From: an uncultured Methanoregulaceae archaeon
GTDB lineage: Archaea; Halobacteriota; Methanomicrobia; Methanomicrobiales; Methanospirillaceae
DNA length: 64,000 nucleotides
Direction of reading: 5' to 3'
Assembly: GCA_963737635.1 (NCBI GenBank)
Contig: CAVTTL010000001.1
Location: 1,632,001-1,696,000, forward strand
Shown: piece by piece, positions 53,725 through 64,000 of the stretch
Numbering within the stretch: the stretch's first letter is position 1
Layout of the letters: every line of letters begins with the position of its first letter
Translations under genes and position numbers: made by a program
Notes under the pieces: model-generated
What the model saw: the letters and a program-made list of their open reading frames with translations, nothing else
Told to the model about the DNA's origin: nothing
The model's database searches: none

Positions 53725-54604
53725 GTGCGCACCCCACGATCTCTTCGGGATCAATGCCTTTTTTCCCGTACAGGTCTTTCTTTATGGTCTCGAATATCCC
53801 GATATCCCGCTGCACCGCGCTGCCGATCTCGACGGCACGTGCCCCGGCCATCATCATCTCGACCACGTTGTCGGCTGTCGATATCCCGCCGCACCCTATA
53901 ATAGGGATTTTGCATGCTTCGTAGAGCTCGTAGACGCAACGGATGGCAATGGGAAAGATTGCATCCCCGGAGAGCCCGCCGTAACCGTTGCCGAGGACCG
54001 GGCGCTCGAGTCCTGTCGATATGCGCATGGCTTTTACCGTATTGATCGCGACAATTGCTGTTGCCCCTCCCCGTTCTGCGGCCTTTCCTATTGCCGTGAT
54101 ATCGGTAACATTAGGGGTGAGCTTTACCCACGTTGGCATCCCGAGTACGCTCACTGCACGAGTACATTCCTCGACGAGAACAGGATCGACGCCGATTGCC
54201 GCTCCGTAGCCTTCTGCATGGGGGCAGGAGAGATTAAGTTCGACGCCTGCAGCCATTCCTTTGAACCATCCGGCAACTTCTGCAAACTCAGCGGGATTTC
54301 CGCCAAATATGCTGACGATCACCGGTTTATTCTCGAGCGCCGGGAGCTCTTCGGTGAACTCACGCGAGGGGTTCGGGAGCCCCATGGCATTCAGGATGCC
54401 ATTATCGAGGAGGGCAACACAAGGACCGGGATGCCCGTCTTTTGGCTGCGGGCCAATGGACTTGGTCACGACACCGCCTGCTCCCCGGGCAAGCATCCGT
54501 GACAGGGATGCACCGGTTGTCCCGAGAACCCCGGCAGCCAGAAGGAGGTGGTTGTCGAGAGTCACTCCACCGACCGTCACCGGGCCCGTCCTGAGTACGA
54601 CCAT
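53717..54604 (-). CDS. pyrD: dihydroorotate dehydrogenase catalytic subunit
   Basis: VVTKS, NAMGLPN, LNLSCPH, KLTPN, INT, GGLSG. Confidence 0.95.
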   Translation of the reverse strand: MVVLRTGPVTVGGVTLDNHLLLAAGVLGTTGASLSRMLARGAGGVVTKSIGPQPKDGHPGPCVALLDNGILNAMGLPNPSREFTEELPALENKPVIVSIFGGNPAEFAEVAGWFKGMAAGVELNLSCPHAEGYGAAIGVDPVLVEECTRAVSVLGMPTWVKLTPNVTDITAIGKAAERGGATAIVAINTVKAMRISTGLERPVLGNGYGGLSGDAIFPIAIRCVYELYEACKIPIIGCGGISTADNVVEMMMAGARAVEIGSAVQRDIGIFETIKKDLYGKKGIDPEEIVGCAHE

Positions 54605-54856
54605 CCATCACAAAGTGGACGTAATGTATTATAAAGGACATCTTTTTTAGTGGATTTACGGGTTCTGGTTCTTATGGAAGTGCTGGAATCTTGAAGACCA
54701 AATGTCATCCCATCATTCCTGATATCACCGTTCTAAAATGGGTTGAGGGTGGCGTGTGTAAGAGCACCTAGTCGGGTGGATTAATGGGTTATTTTGTATC
54801 TCATGCCCCACTGAGGGGAGTGGTCAGCCTCTTTTTCCTGTTGTTTGTATCACCCG

Positions 54857-56518
54857 GTTTCAATCCTTGTTCTCTTGGATGTTTTCCTCGAAGTCGGCGG
54901 TTTTTGTCCACGAGATTTCCTCCTGGCAGTTTCAATCCTTGTTCTCTTGGATGTTTTCCTCGAAGCCGGGTAAGGATCGTTGTCTTTCCGTGCGTTTTGG
55001 TTTCAATCCTTGTTCTCTTGGATGTTTTCCTCGAAGCCATCAAGCCAGTCCACAGTCATGGTTTTAGTCGGTTTCAATCCTTGTTCTCTTGGATGTTTTC
55101 CTCGAAGCATGTCGTTAGGTGTGACGGCATTAGGTGCCCTTGTAGTTTCAATCCTTGTTCTCTTGGATGTTTTCCTCGAAGATTGACGCACAGGGTGAAG
55201 GAGTTGGAAGAGGCAAAAAGTTTCAATCCTTGTTCTCTTGGATGTTTTCCTCGAAGTTTACGGGGCCTTCTATGGCCGTGTGTCGCATCAGTTTCAATCC
55301 TTGTTCTCTTGGATGTTTTCCTCGAAGGATACACAGTCATTAGAGTCGCAGGCCAATGCGGGTTTCAATCCTTGTTCTCTTGGATGTTTTCCTCGAAGAT
55401 AGATATCCATGAGACTCACGCAATCGATCCGGGTTTCAATCCTTGTTCTCTTGGATGTTTTCCTCGAAGAACCATCTGTTCCTTATCATCACCGCGTCAA
55501 TCACTGTTTCAATCCTTGTTCTCTTGGATGTTTTCCTCGAAGGTCGATCATTCGACGGTCAATCCTTGTTCTCTTGGATGTTTCCTCGAAGTCCGACGGT
55601 CGACAATGTGTTTCAATCCTTGTTCTCTTGGATGTTTTCCTCGAAGATGCTGTGGACGGGTGGATGTGTCGCTGACCCGTGTTTCAATCCTTGTTCTCTT
55701 GGATGTTTTCCTCGAAGTTTTGCGCAGGCATTATGAGTCCTGTGATTGGCAGTTTCAATCCTTGTTCTCTTGGATGTTTTCCTCGAAGACTTTATTACAT
55801 GCAAGAATACAGAGGGTGTTTTATGTTTCAATCCTTGTTCTCTTGGATGTTTTCCTCGAAGCCGTAGACAAGAAAGCATTTGTGGTATTAGATTCAGGTT
55901 TCAATCCTTGTTCTCTTGGATGTTTTCCTCGAAGTGACACCCATGATCCGTTGGGCCGCCTCGATCATGGTTTCAATCCTTGTTCTCTTGGATGTTTTCC
56001 TCGAAGATCAGCGATCCGGTCAGCATGGTGATCACAGCTAGTTTCAATCCTTGTTCTCTTGGATGTTTTCCTCGAAGTGCATAGTCCGTCGATTGCAGTC
56101 GTCGATGCATGTTTCAATCCTTGTTCTCTTGGATGTTTTCCTCGAAGCAGTCATGCCATCGATTGCCAGCTGCATCGAGTGATAGTTTCAATCCTTGTTC
56201 TCTTGGATGTTTTCCTCGAAGACTGTGCATTGATCAGTGCACTGGCGATCATGACCATGTTTCAATCCTTGTTCTCTTGGATGTTTTCCTCGAAGATCGT
56301 CATGTCGATGATGACTGCATGACTGATCAGATGTTTCAATCCTTGTTCTCTTGGATGTTTTCCTCGAAGATCGTAGCTCAGATCTGTCATACATCGATCG
56401 ACATGGGTTTCAATCCTTGTTCTCTTGGATGTTTTCCTCGAAGTCAGTAGCTGCTGCATCGATGGCACGACCAGATCGCAGGTTTCAATCCTTGTTCTCT
56501 TGGATGTTTTCCTCGAAG
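54857..56518 (-). CRISPR. CRISPR array, 24 repeats and 23 spacers
   Basis: 37-bp repeat GTTTCAATCCTTGTTCTCTTGGATGTTTTCCTCGAAG (ends ATTGAAAC on the minus strand); spacers 33-38 bp except two of 15 and 18 bp. Confidence 0.98.
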
Positions 56519-56623
56519 GCCGCCTAATTTTGGCCCTTTTCGGCTATATCTCAGTTAAAATGCTCAGATTTCCCGCATGAAATTCTTCATGCAAAAGTAT
56601 TGATTCCTATTTAAGGATAAGAA
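56519..56623 (-). promoter_or_regulatory. CRISPR leader
   Basis: AT-rich non-coding stretch between cas4 and the first repeat; IR GCATGAA-N4-TTCATGC at 56575-56592. Confidence 0.7.
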
Positions 56624-57214
56624 TCAGGTGCAAATCGTGCCGTAACAGCAGTCAATACACTTGTTTTTGTATTTGCTCTTTGTCGGATAAAATCCTTTGT
56701 CGATAATTTCTAGAATCTCGTTGACTATCTCAACGCCCCGGTCGAAATCGTTTCGGTTAAACTCAAGCGTTTCGATATGGTTGTTACTCCGGGTAAAGCA
56801 GATGAAACCCCGTTTCACATCAAGATTATAATTTTCTTTGATCATGATCGCATGGAGCACCAGCTGGTACTTATAGGTCGGGAAGATTGTATCCTTGAAC
56901 TCCGCGTACTTGTACTCGAACGGAGCGGCTGTACCGTCATCAAGAATGAGAACTTCGTCAATAATCCCCTTGATATGGTGCTGCTTTGACGCAACAAAGA
57001 CATTCATCTCCTTCTTTACGACACCAAGCTTTTTTCGCAGGTACTCGGGGTTCGTGACCAGTTTCTTCTCATGCACTTCCCGCCCTTTCATCACCTTGAA
57101 TCGCAATTCCTGATGCTGAGGAATATCAAGGCAGTGCATGTAGTAGATGAATCGCGGACAGAACAGGTACTCAAGCACATCGGAGATCGTGATGATCGTT
57201 TCGCTGTCTGTCAT
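56624..57214 (-). CDS. cas4: Cas4 nuclease
   Basis: FCPR, GIIDE, FEYK, Q...H, CIDCCYGTIC. Confidence 0.95.
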   Translation of the reverse strand: MTDSETIITISDVLEYLFCPRFIYYMHCLDIPQHQELRFKVMKGREVHEKKLVTNPEYLRKKLGVVKKEMNVFVASKQHHIKGIIDEVLILDDGTAAPFEYKYAEFKDTIFPTYKYQLVLHAIMIKENYNLDVKRGFICFTRSNNHIETLEFNRNDFDRGVEIVNEILEIIDKGFYPTKSKYKNKCIDCCYGTICT

Positions 57215-57220
57215 GGAAAT

Positions 57221-57514
57221 TTAGAAAAATTTTGTGAGCAGTTCGTCGCTCACCAGTTTCCGGTCGAATGCCTGCCCGAGCAGTTTTACTTTCCTGAAGG
57301 ATTCGTCATCCATCGGGAACACATAGACCGAATCGACCTTTGGATCGATCTCCTGCTCGCACTCCAGCGCAAGGGAATCCCGCTCGTTTGCATTCAGGTT
57401 CCCCAGAAACACGCTCTTCTGCACACGGTACAACCCTTTATTCTGGCAGATCTGCGATACATGACTCCTCGCCCGGTTCTTTGCGATATCGTACACTACC
57501 CAGACCATTGTCAT
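57221..57514 (-). CDS. cas2: Cas2
   Basis: WVVYDI, RVQKSVF, DSVYVFP. Confidence 0.95.
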   Translation of the reverse strand: MTMVWVVYDIAKNRARSHVSQICQNKGLYRVQKSVFLGNLNANERDSLALECEQEIDPKVDSVYVFPMDDESFRKVKLLGQAFDRKLVSDELLTKFF

Positions 57515-57526
57515 TCATTCACTCCC

Positions 57527-58501
57527 TTACCCGGATTTGATCAGTCCGTTTGCGATACGGTGGCATTCCATCTGGATCGTATTCCTGATCTTCACGTTGC
57601 GGCCATGGTACTCGATTTCGCGGTCGAGCATCTCGTTGAGCGCCGCAATGAGGAGCGTTTTTCCCTCCTTGTTCATGTACAGCCCGCCTGGCACCGGATC
57701 AAAGAGTGCCGGCGTCACCTGTTTTTTTGAGAAGAGGTTCACCACAGTCCGGTCAGCATGCACCCGGAACAGTTCGATAAGATCGAATACGAACGAACGC
57801 TTGTTGTAATTGTCGGTGTGCAGGAACCCCACGTATGGGTCGAGCCCCGCGATGATGCACGCGCGTTCGACCTGCGAGTAGAGCACGCCATACCCGTAGT
57901 TGAGCAGGCAGTTGAATCCGTCCTTTGCCGGATCCCGGCTCCGTCCTTTGAACTTCCACTGCTCGGGCATAATGTTGGCAATCGCATCGAAATACGCCGC
58001 AGATGCCATGCCCTCCACCCCCATGATCGAGCCGCGCCGCGAGTCAAGCGATCCTTTCAGGGCAAGAAGAGTTTTTTGCAATTCTTCGATCTTTGCTATG
58101 GAGAGGTCAAGCTGGTCTTTCTGATCGGGCCGGTTCTTCTTGAGGTCTTTTAAGAGATCGATCTGGTTCTGGATCTTCTCCGCGATCCAGCCCCGGGCCA
58201 GATAAAAACCGGTGTCGGCAGATTCGGCTTCGAGCTGGCGGCGGCGGATCAGAGTAGTGCTGCCGAGTTTTGAGTGCCACACGCGCCCGAACGGGTTGCC
58301 GTGATAATCAAGGAAGATGATGTCGATGTTGTTCTCGACCGCAAATTCGATCGCGTCGGTTGTAATGGTCGCGGATGTCGTGATGAGGATGCTGTCAATC
58401 TTGTCCGCGGAGACTTCAACGATTTTTTCATCGTTCTTGACCAGAAAACAGTTCTTTTCCTTCTTGAGAAACGCACCCCGGGTATTGATGACCAGCTGCA
58501 T
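57527..58501 (-). CDS. cas1: Cas1
   Basis: GVEG...YF, NCLLNYGYGVLY, GLDPYVGFLH, FDLIELFR. Confidence 0.96.
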   Translation of the reverse strand: MQLVINTRGAFLKKEKNCFLVKNDEKIVEVSADKIDSILITTSATITTDAIEFAVENNIDIIFLDYHGNPFGRVWHSKLGSTTLIRRRQLEAESADTGFYLARGWIAEKIQNQIDLLKDLKKNRPDQKDQLDLSIAKIEELQKTLLALKGSLDSRRGSIMGVEGMASAAYFDAIANIMPEQWKFKGRSRDPAKDGFNCLLNYGYGVLYSQVERACIIAGLDPYVGFLHTDNYNKRSFVFDLIELFRVHADRTVVNLFSKKQVTPALFDPVPGGLYMNKEGKTLLIAALNEMLDREIEYHGRNVKIRNTIQMECHRIANGLIKSG

Positions 58502-58504
58502 GAT

Positions 58505-59180
58505 TCAGTCCTTTTCATTCTTTAATGTGAGTTGTTTTACCGCCCCAAACCCGCGCGAGACGGATTTGCCGATGCCAAGGTAATCGGGGATCAGGAAATT
58601 TGCATGGAATTTCCCGGTGAAGGTCATGACGCTGACATCCTTGAGCCGGTCTTTCTGGAAATGGAGATTCGTGTCGCATTTGATCATACCAGGAACCTCG
58701 TATCCTAGCGATTTTGACATGGAGATGATGTTCCCGATCAGGATCTTCCGGACGAATTCGTCCCGCTCCTCTTTTCCCTTGAGCGTATAGAACCTCTTGT
58801 AATTCTCCTGGTTGAGCGCAAGCCACGGAGTCACAAACTCGTACGACCGGATCGTGTCCGAGATCCCGAACTCCTCGTCTTTGAGTGCGATACCCCGCTC
58901 GACAATCTGGTAGGTGTTCGCACCCAGCCGGATTTCCTCGGTACTCGTCGTAGATCTTTTTGAGGACTTCCGCACCTTCATTGATGCCGATGACGGTAGG
59001 GATTTCTTTAATCATCTTGTACTGGACGACCGGGTACCGGTAGATGAACTTGTCAGCGTTGTGCTGGTGGAGTTCGGTGTACTCGGCAAACTTCGTGGCA
59101 AAGAATCCGCGCAGTTCGGGAGCAGTACCGTGGATCGGACGTGTCGAGCCAAGGGTCAAGGTGAAGGTGTGGAGGATCAT
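58505..59180 (-). CDS. cas6: Cas6 endoribonuclease, frameshift near 58945
   Basis: LRGFFA, HQH, YRYPVVQYK; TPWLALNQENY and GIGKSVSRGFG G-loop. Confidence 0.9.
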
Positions 59181-59184
59181 ATGA

Positions 59185-61641
59185 TCAACAGAGAATTGTA
59201 CTACTTTTTGAACTCGTTAAATCAATATCAAATCCGACGCCGTCTTTATCGTATAACCGCTCATCCAAAATACGGAATGGTTCGCTCGTATTATTTATCT
59301 GTAAATCTTCCGGCCGTATTTTCATCCATGGTCCAAATCTAATATTAACTGAGCAATTTGCGATACGTTTACCAAGTCGTTTCATTTCATATCTCCGCAT
59401 CCATCTGTCTTTAATGGTTAATGCGTTTCGGATATCCGAAGGTAATGTATCATCCAAAGATGAAACTATAAATTGTTCCTGATGTTCGTCATCTCTTAAT
59501 AACTTTTTAATATTAACAATTTGTTCATTCTTGGTATCCCGGTTAATGCAATGTGTGTAATTGGCATATGCGGATACCACTTTCATTGATTGATTTAATT
59601 TCTGCTGAACTAATGAGAAGTAGAGAGTCCCGAGTTTGTAAAAATCCTTCTCGGGAATTTCTGGTTGTGAGGTCAGACTCCGATTCGTCTGTTCAAGGAG
59701 AATATTATCATAAATCATTGGAGAGAATTCCCGTCCTTTTTCATTAATCAGGGAGACTATTTCGATAACACTCTCTTTCTTTTCACCGTTGCGGTTACAA
59801 CGACCACAAACCTGAAAAATGGAATCTAATGGTGCATGATCACGAATGATAAAATCTGCATCAATATCCACACCGGCTTCTATACATTGTGTAGTAACAA
59901 TAACGGGATTTTGATGTTTTTCAATACATTTCTTTATCTTACAAACCCGCTTGCATCTTTCAGAGGGTGTAACATAAGATGAGAGATATATCAACGGCCG
60001 TAACTCAATGATGCCCTCTTTTATTAGGCCCTGTATTTTTTTGTGAATTAATTTACTTGAATCCCTCGTATTCATTACCAACATGACTGAGTTATCTGAG
60101 TATTTCTTGAGTAATTCTGGAAGGTTATCACAAAACAAATCAAGTGCTATTTTTTCAGGTTTTATCTGAAGTTTAACTCTCTTGCGATTTTCAAAATAAC
60201 TTGTATGGTAAGGAACTCGTTCTACAATTCCCGGGAAAAAACCGGGTTGGGTTGCAGACATCAGAACAAGATGGGTTTCACCTACTTCAGAGAGCGTCCT
60301 GAAAAAAAATTCAAATGGCTTCCAGAGTTCAGAAGGTAACGCTTGGATTTCATCGAATACTATAATTGCATTAAAAAGATTATGAAATCTCATAAGGGGT
60401 TTAGATTTTAATGAAAATATTGAGTAGAGCACTTGATCAAAGGTGGATACGATAATTTCAGAGTTCCATATGTTCAAGAAAAAGTCAATCGAATTATTGC
60501 TACGTTCATTATCATCAATACCGTTTTTGTATTCGAAATCTGCAATGGAATACCGGGGCATGTACAACCGGTCTTTATGAATTTCGTAAAGTCCGGATAA
60601 GAACTTCTTATATTCCGTATCCGTTTGTTCAATGATCGAAAGAAATGGCAGGGCAACAATAATTTTTGGAGTGAATTTTTTTTCCAGTTGAATTCTCTCT
60701 CGCAGCTTCAACGCCCACGATGCAGAGAGTAATGTTTTCCCGAGGCCGGTCGGTAACGTAATAGAATGAAGGTGTTCATTCAATGGAAAAAGACTAATAT
60801 TGCTAATCGTTTGTTGGTATGCCCGTATTCTCTCTTCGTTGATTACACCGGTTTTATTGAAATTTTTCAGATAATTGTCAACAAGATCAGCGGGAATGTC
60901 TATTGCATTCCGTTCATATTGATCTGGATTATCAGAGGCCAGATAAGCTTTGTCTGCTTCCAGAAGAATGGAATACAGCAGCAATGCTAAAATTCTCTGC
61001 TCAACATATTTTGATAATTCGGAAGGGTTATGATCATCGAAATTTGGGTATTTTCCATGTAGTTTTCGAATTTTACTTTGGATTGAATTAATAGACTCTT
61101 CATTGAATCCTTTTCCCTGCTGAAGATTTACTCCGGATATGGTATAATTAAAAAATTCCGGGTTAATATTCTGGAGTTGCAAAATCAACAACTCGGATTT
61201 TATATCACATTCTTTCCGGATCTCCTCAATGCTCTTGTACCTGCCGTGATGGCCTTCTATTGCCAGAAATACTGCAAGAGGCAAAAAGGATCTCCAGCGA
61301 GGTTCAATATGAGCGTTTTTCTCTTCAGATAGCCAGAGTTCCACCATATGCCAACCAAAAAAAGCGGACAGAAATGCATGTGATTTTTCGTCATCGCTTC
61401 CTTCGTAACGAGTATTATTCACCTTGCTCATAATGTATTTTTGAAAAAACAAGGAACTTTTTGCAAAATCATGACACACACCTGTGATTTCACATAATTC
61501 GCAAATTTCTATTTTGGAAAGTCCATTAAAATTCAGGTGTTTCTGGCTGATAAGATAATGAGAGACCGTACTTACCTGTGAAAGATGCTCAAAGAGTTTT
61601 AAGGGGGGATCAAGTGGATGAGAAATTAGTGAATATTCCAC
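59185..61641 (-). CDS. cas3: Cas3 HD-nuclease/helicase
   Basis: EHL, CHDFAK, GHHG, LPTGLGKT, DEIQ, MSAT, EAGVDID, QVCGRCNR; GGTGA RBS before GTG 61641. Confidence 0.93.
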   Translation of the reverse strand: MEYSLISHPLDPPLKLFEHLSQVSTVSHYLISQKHLNFNGLSKIEICELCEITGVCHDFAKSSLFFQKYIMSKVNNTRYEGSDDEKSHAFLSAFFGWHMVELWLSEEKNAHIEPRWRSFLPLAVFLAIEGHHGRYKSIEEIRKECDIKSELLILQLQNINPEFFNYTISGVNLQQGKGFNEESINSIQSKIRKLHGKYPNFDDHNPSELSKYVEQRILALLLYSILLEADKAYLASDNPDQYERNAIDIPADLVDNYLKNFNKTGVINEERIRAYQQTISNISLFPLNEHLHSITLPTGLGKTLLSASWALKLRERIQLEKKFTPKIIVALPFLSIIEQTDTEYKKFLSGLYEIHKDRLYMPRYSIADFEYKNGIDDNERSNNSIDFFLNIWNSEIIVSTFDQVLYSIFSLKSKPLMRFHNLFNAIIVFDEIQALPSELWKPFEFFFRTLSEVGETHLVLMSATQPGFFPGIVERVPYHTSYFENRKRVKLQIKPEKIALDLFCDNLPELLKKYSDNSVMLVMNTRDSSKLIHKKIQGLIKEGIIELRPLIYLSSYVTPSERCKRVCKIKKCIEKHQNPVIVTTQCIEAGVDIDADFIIRDHAPLDSIFQVCGRCNRNGEKKESVIEIVSLINEKGREFSPMIYDNILLEQTNRSLTSQPEIPEKDFYKLGTLYFSLVQQKLNQSMKVVSAYANYTHCINRDTKNEQIVNIKKLLRDDEHQEQFIVSSLDDTLPSDIRNALTIKDRWMRRYEMKRLGKRIANCSVNIRFGPWMKIRPEDLQINNTSEPFRILDERLYDKDGVGFDIDLTSSKSSTILC

Positions 61642-61652
61642 ACGGATCACCG

Positions 61653-62418
61653 TTACAGGAATGTAATGTTCTTTTTTTCGAACTGATATGAATTCCCACG
61701 CATATTTGCCGGAATTGGAGATACAGCCATATTGAGGACATAAGCTTTTGTATGAAAATTTCCGCTCTTTATCGCCAATATGAGGTACTTTCAACTCCTG
61801 AATATTATACCTTTTATTAGAGGTAATTTTTTTGAACACTAATGAGCACTCGTCTTTCGCTATGACAGTTGAGATTTCCCTTTCTCCGGGACCCAGAAAT
61901 GACGCTACATCATCGGAGAGATATTCTAACGTTGCAAGGAACTCAGATAGTCCCATACAAGGGGTGTAGACCGATCTTTCATTTTTTAGTCGGGATTTTA
62001 ATTCGTCCATCCTATCAGTCAAATTTACGTAGAGGATAAAACTGGGATCTCGCAATAGTTCCATCGGAATCTGAGTTGCAGTATTCGAAGCCGGAATTCT
62101 TTTCAATGGTTTGAGGAGTTTTTCTTTTTTTGATATTTTGATCGAATAATTAATGTCGCCGGAACTATCCTGCCTGAAATTGGTTACATGGGTGATTGTT
62201 TTAATCTCTTTTTCAATTTCAACGCCCACTTTCATATTTTTATCTCGGGAAAATTCAGAAATGTTATCTTTTTGTATTCCAAGAATTGCTCCCAGCAACC
62301 CTGCAATTGCCGGTCTTGGCGGAAAGGGGTACGTTAAGGAGGACACATTGCTGTACGGTTTCCTGAAGTGTCCGTATTTTGCCTGATACCTGATCGCAAT
62401 TACTGGAATGGATTCCAT
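61653..62418 (-). CDS. cas5: Cas5 (type I-B), frameshift near 61746
   Basis: GHFRKPYSNVSSLTYPFPPRPAIAGLLGAILG, PCMGLSEF; corrected frame ends KNITFL-TAA at 61653. Confidence 0.9.
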
Positions 62419-62425
62419 ACAATTC

Positions 62426-63499
62426 TCACTGTGCAGAGATTCTGTCGATATTCAAATCTATGACTTGTTTTTCTCCATCAGGCAAACTGGCTTTTAGTTC
62501 CGTGATGAGGGCTTTACCGTAATAATCGTGGAACTCCGGAGACTGACAGTATTCTATCCTTTCAATTTTGTCGTTGACCCTTTCGAGGGCGGCGATTAAT
62601 TTGGTGAAATCAAGAGAATAATCGCCGATCTTCCGAATGTTAATCTCTTCAGCCACATCTTTATTGGGTGTCAATTTTATTTTTTCTTCAAGGGAGCCGA
62701 TATGATATTCTGTGGGGACTTCTTCGTCTTTCCCATTTTCTTTAATTTTTATTCTTTCTTTGTAGACAATATTTATGAGCAAACGGGGCTGTTGTTCCCG
62801 CTTTGTACGAGTGTTAGCCGAAGATGTTTCCCGGACTCCTTTCCACAACGCTGCTTTAAACTTTGTGAGATCAGCTTCCGACAGATCGGTTGTTTTTGCG
62901 GCATTTTCGTTTGCCACACCATGAAAGGCAATTAATCCATAAGGGATTCCATAATATGTCGTAAACGTGCCCTGTTTCTGTTCGGAATCCTCGGCTTCTC
63001 CTTTTGAACGGAATATGCTTGTACCATGGAAGGTTATTTCTTCAACTTTGTTGAGGGTCTCACCGAAATTAATCTGGATCGGCCCGGTTATCTTGCTTGT
63101 TTCGCCCCATTCCTCGGGAGCTCCTTTGAAAGCAAGAGGACTTCCAAAGAGTCTAAGATCGATAAATAACTCCTTCAGCGTTTTCATCAGCTCTTCGCCA
63201 TCAATTTTCTTTTTATCGATTTCTTCAAGACGTGATTTTACCCTATCCGTGAGGTTTACTGTTTTTGTGCCAAGCTTTGTGACTAAAATATTCTTTTCGC
63301 CATCAGTTTGGATAAGGTAGTCCCTCACAAATCGTTTCAACCGGACATCTGTAACATAACAGTGTTTTGTGACTTCATCGATTCGGGGTCGGTTCTCATC
63401 GGGATCGCCATTGGGATTCCCGTTTTTGATATCATACACAAACAGGAATTCATTCCTGTTTTTTATGCTATTCGTTTTTTTTTCAGGAACTGGTGTCAT
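62426..63499 (-). CDS. cas7: Cas7/Csh2 (type I-B)
   Basis: NGNPNGDPDENRPRID, TDVRLKRFVRDY, DLRLFG, TGPIQ. Confidence 0.94.
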   Translation of the reverse strand: MTPVPEKKTNSIKNRNEFLFVYDIKNGNPNGDPDENRPRIDEVTKHCYVTDVRLKRFVRDYLIQTDGEKNILVTKLGTKTVNLTDRVKSRLEEIDKKKIDGEELMKTLKELFIDLRLFGSPLAFKGAPEEWGETSKITGPIQINFGETLNKVEEITFHGTSIFRSKGEAEDSEQKQGTFTTYYGIPYGLIAFHGVANENAAKTTDLSEADLTKFKAALWKGVRETSSANTRTKREQQPRLLINIVYKERIKIKENGKDEEVPTEYHIGSLEEKIKLTPNKDVAEEINIRKIGDYSLDFTKLIAALERVNDKIERIEYCQSPEFHDYYGKALITELKASLPDGEKQVIDLNIDRISAQ

Positions 63500-64000
63500 T
63501 TTTTATCCCCTCCTTTATCCTTCAGGGCATTTCCGGAACTCTTCGATGGCAGATAGTAATCTGAAAGGCTTTGACCCAAACAGAGATAATAAGGAATTTC
63601 TTTTCTGCTAATCTCCCAATTTGTAATATTTGTACCAAGTGCAGCAACCGCTTCCGCAACACCACGCATTTCATCAGACCATGCACTTTTTGGAGTGGAA
63701 TAATCATCCAGTTTACTCCGTGTTTTTTGAAAAATTTCTTTTAATTCATCCGGGCTGAGCTGGAGTCCTTTCAGCCATTTTAGTGCATTTGTCGAAACTC
63801 CTCGAGCCAGCTGGATGCGAACCAGTTTTCCAAAGAGGAGTCCCACGAGAAAAGCATACTGTTTTTCCTTGGTATCGAGTCCCTTTGCTTCACTGTTGAG
63901 AAACTCATTCAAAGACTTCAAACCCTCATGTTGTTCAAGGTATTTATCAACATAATTTTGTCCAGGATTCATTTTGATAACCTCTAATTCATGTAAGAAT
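63496..64000 (-). CDS. cas8b: Cas8b/Csh1 C-terminal part, runs off the window
   Basis: AFLVGLL...VRIQ and YYLCLG motifs; frame open to the window edge; position upstream of cas7. Confidence 0.75.
   Translation of the reverse strand, partial: FLHELEVIKMNPGQNYVDKYLEQHEGLKSLNEFLNSEAKGLDTKEKQYAFLVGLLFGKLVRIQLARGVSTNALKWLKGLQLSPDELKEIFQKTRSKLDDYSTPKSAWSDEMRGVAEAVAALGTNITNWEISRKEIPYYLCLGQSLSDYYLPSKSSGNALKDKGGDKK

Noticed and set aside
54784-56468. ORFs up to 415 aa across the CRISPR array
   Set aside because: They are translations of the stop-poor 37-bp repeat, not genes.
682-59180. Widespread pseudogenisation (trmJ, acr3, arsR, sulfite reductase, fwdC, dcd, giant kinase, cas6)
   Set aside because: Defects are isolated single-base indels, often in homopolymers and with no visible decay by nonsense mutation, which is typical of long-read consensus error; read polishing would settle it.
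59185-62418. Apparent 1077-aa Cas5-Cas3 fusion
   Set aside because: Removing one base from the run at 61746-61749 gives Cas5 a normal end (YKAYVLN...KNITFL-TAA at 61653), followed by a GGTGA RBS and GTG start for Cas3; most likely an indel error.

Overview
Archaeal methanogen DNA, most consistent with Methanomicrobiales (Methanoregula-like) from gene content: GGGP synthase, flaH, fwdGDBAC, archaeal thrS and many PAS kinases. Housekeeping blocks alternate with accessory modules: an OsmC/double-cubane reductase/activase operon, three toxin-antitoxin pairs, two single-chain DsrH-E-F-like paralogs, and an arsR-divergent hgcA-hgcB-(C-GCAxxG-C-C)-acr3-arsC/Trx operon with visible operators. There is also an AT-rich island (about 30.6-34.2 kb) and a type I-B CRISPR-Cas locus (24 repeats, 23 spacers). 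The strongest unusual signals are: (1) a tRNA gene in the island with a serine-type body (G73, long variable arm) but an Ile UAU anticodon, 16 nt behind a winged-helix-like gene; (2) the seven newest CRISPR spacers almost lack doubled bases and are packed with 4-bp palindromes, implying a compositionally unusual invader; (3) a symmetric bidirectional promoter with two operators linking mercury methylation to arsenic resistance; (4) a 78-bp element repeated after two consecutive TA modules. About ten genes, including essential thrS, carry single-base frameshifts, so the assembly probably has indel errors. Apparent fusions and splits, such as cas5-cas3, should be treated with caution. All calls come from reading motifs by eye; no searches were run.
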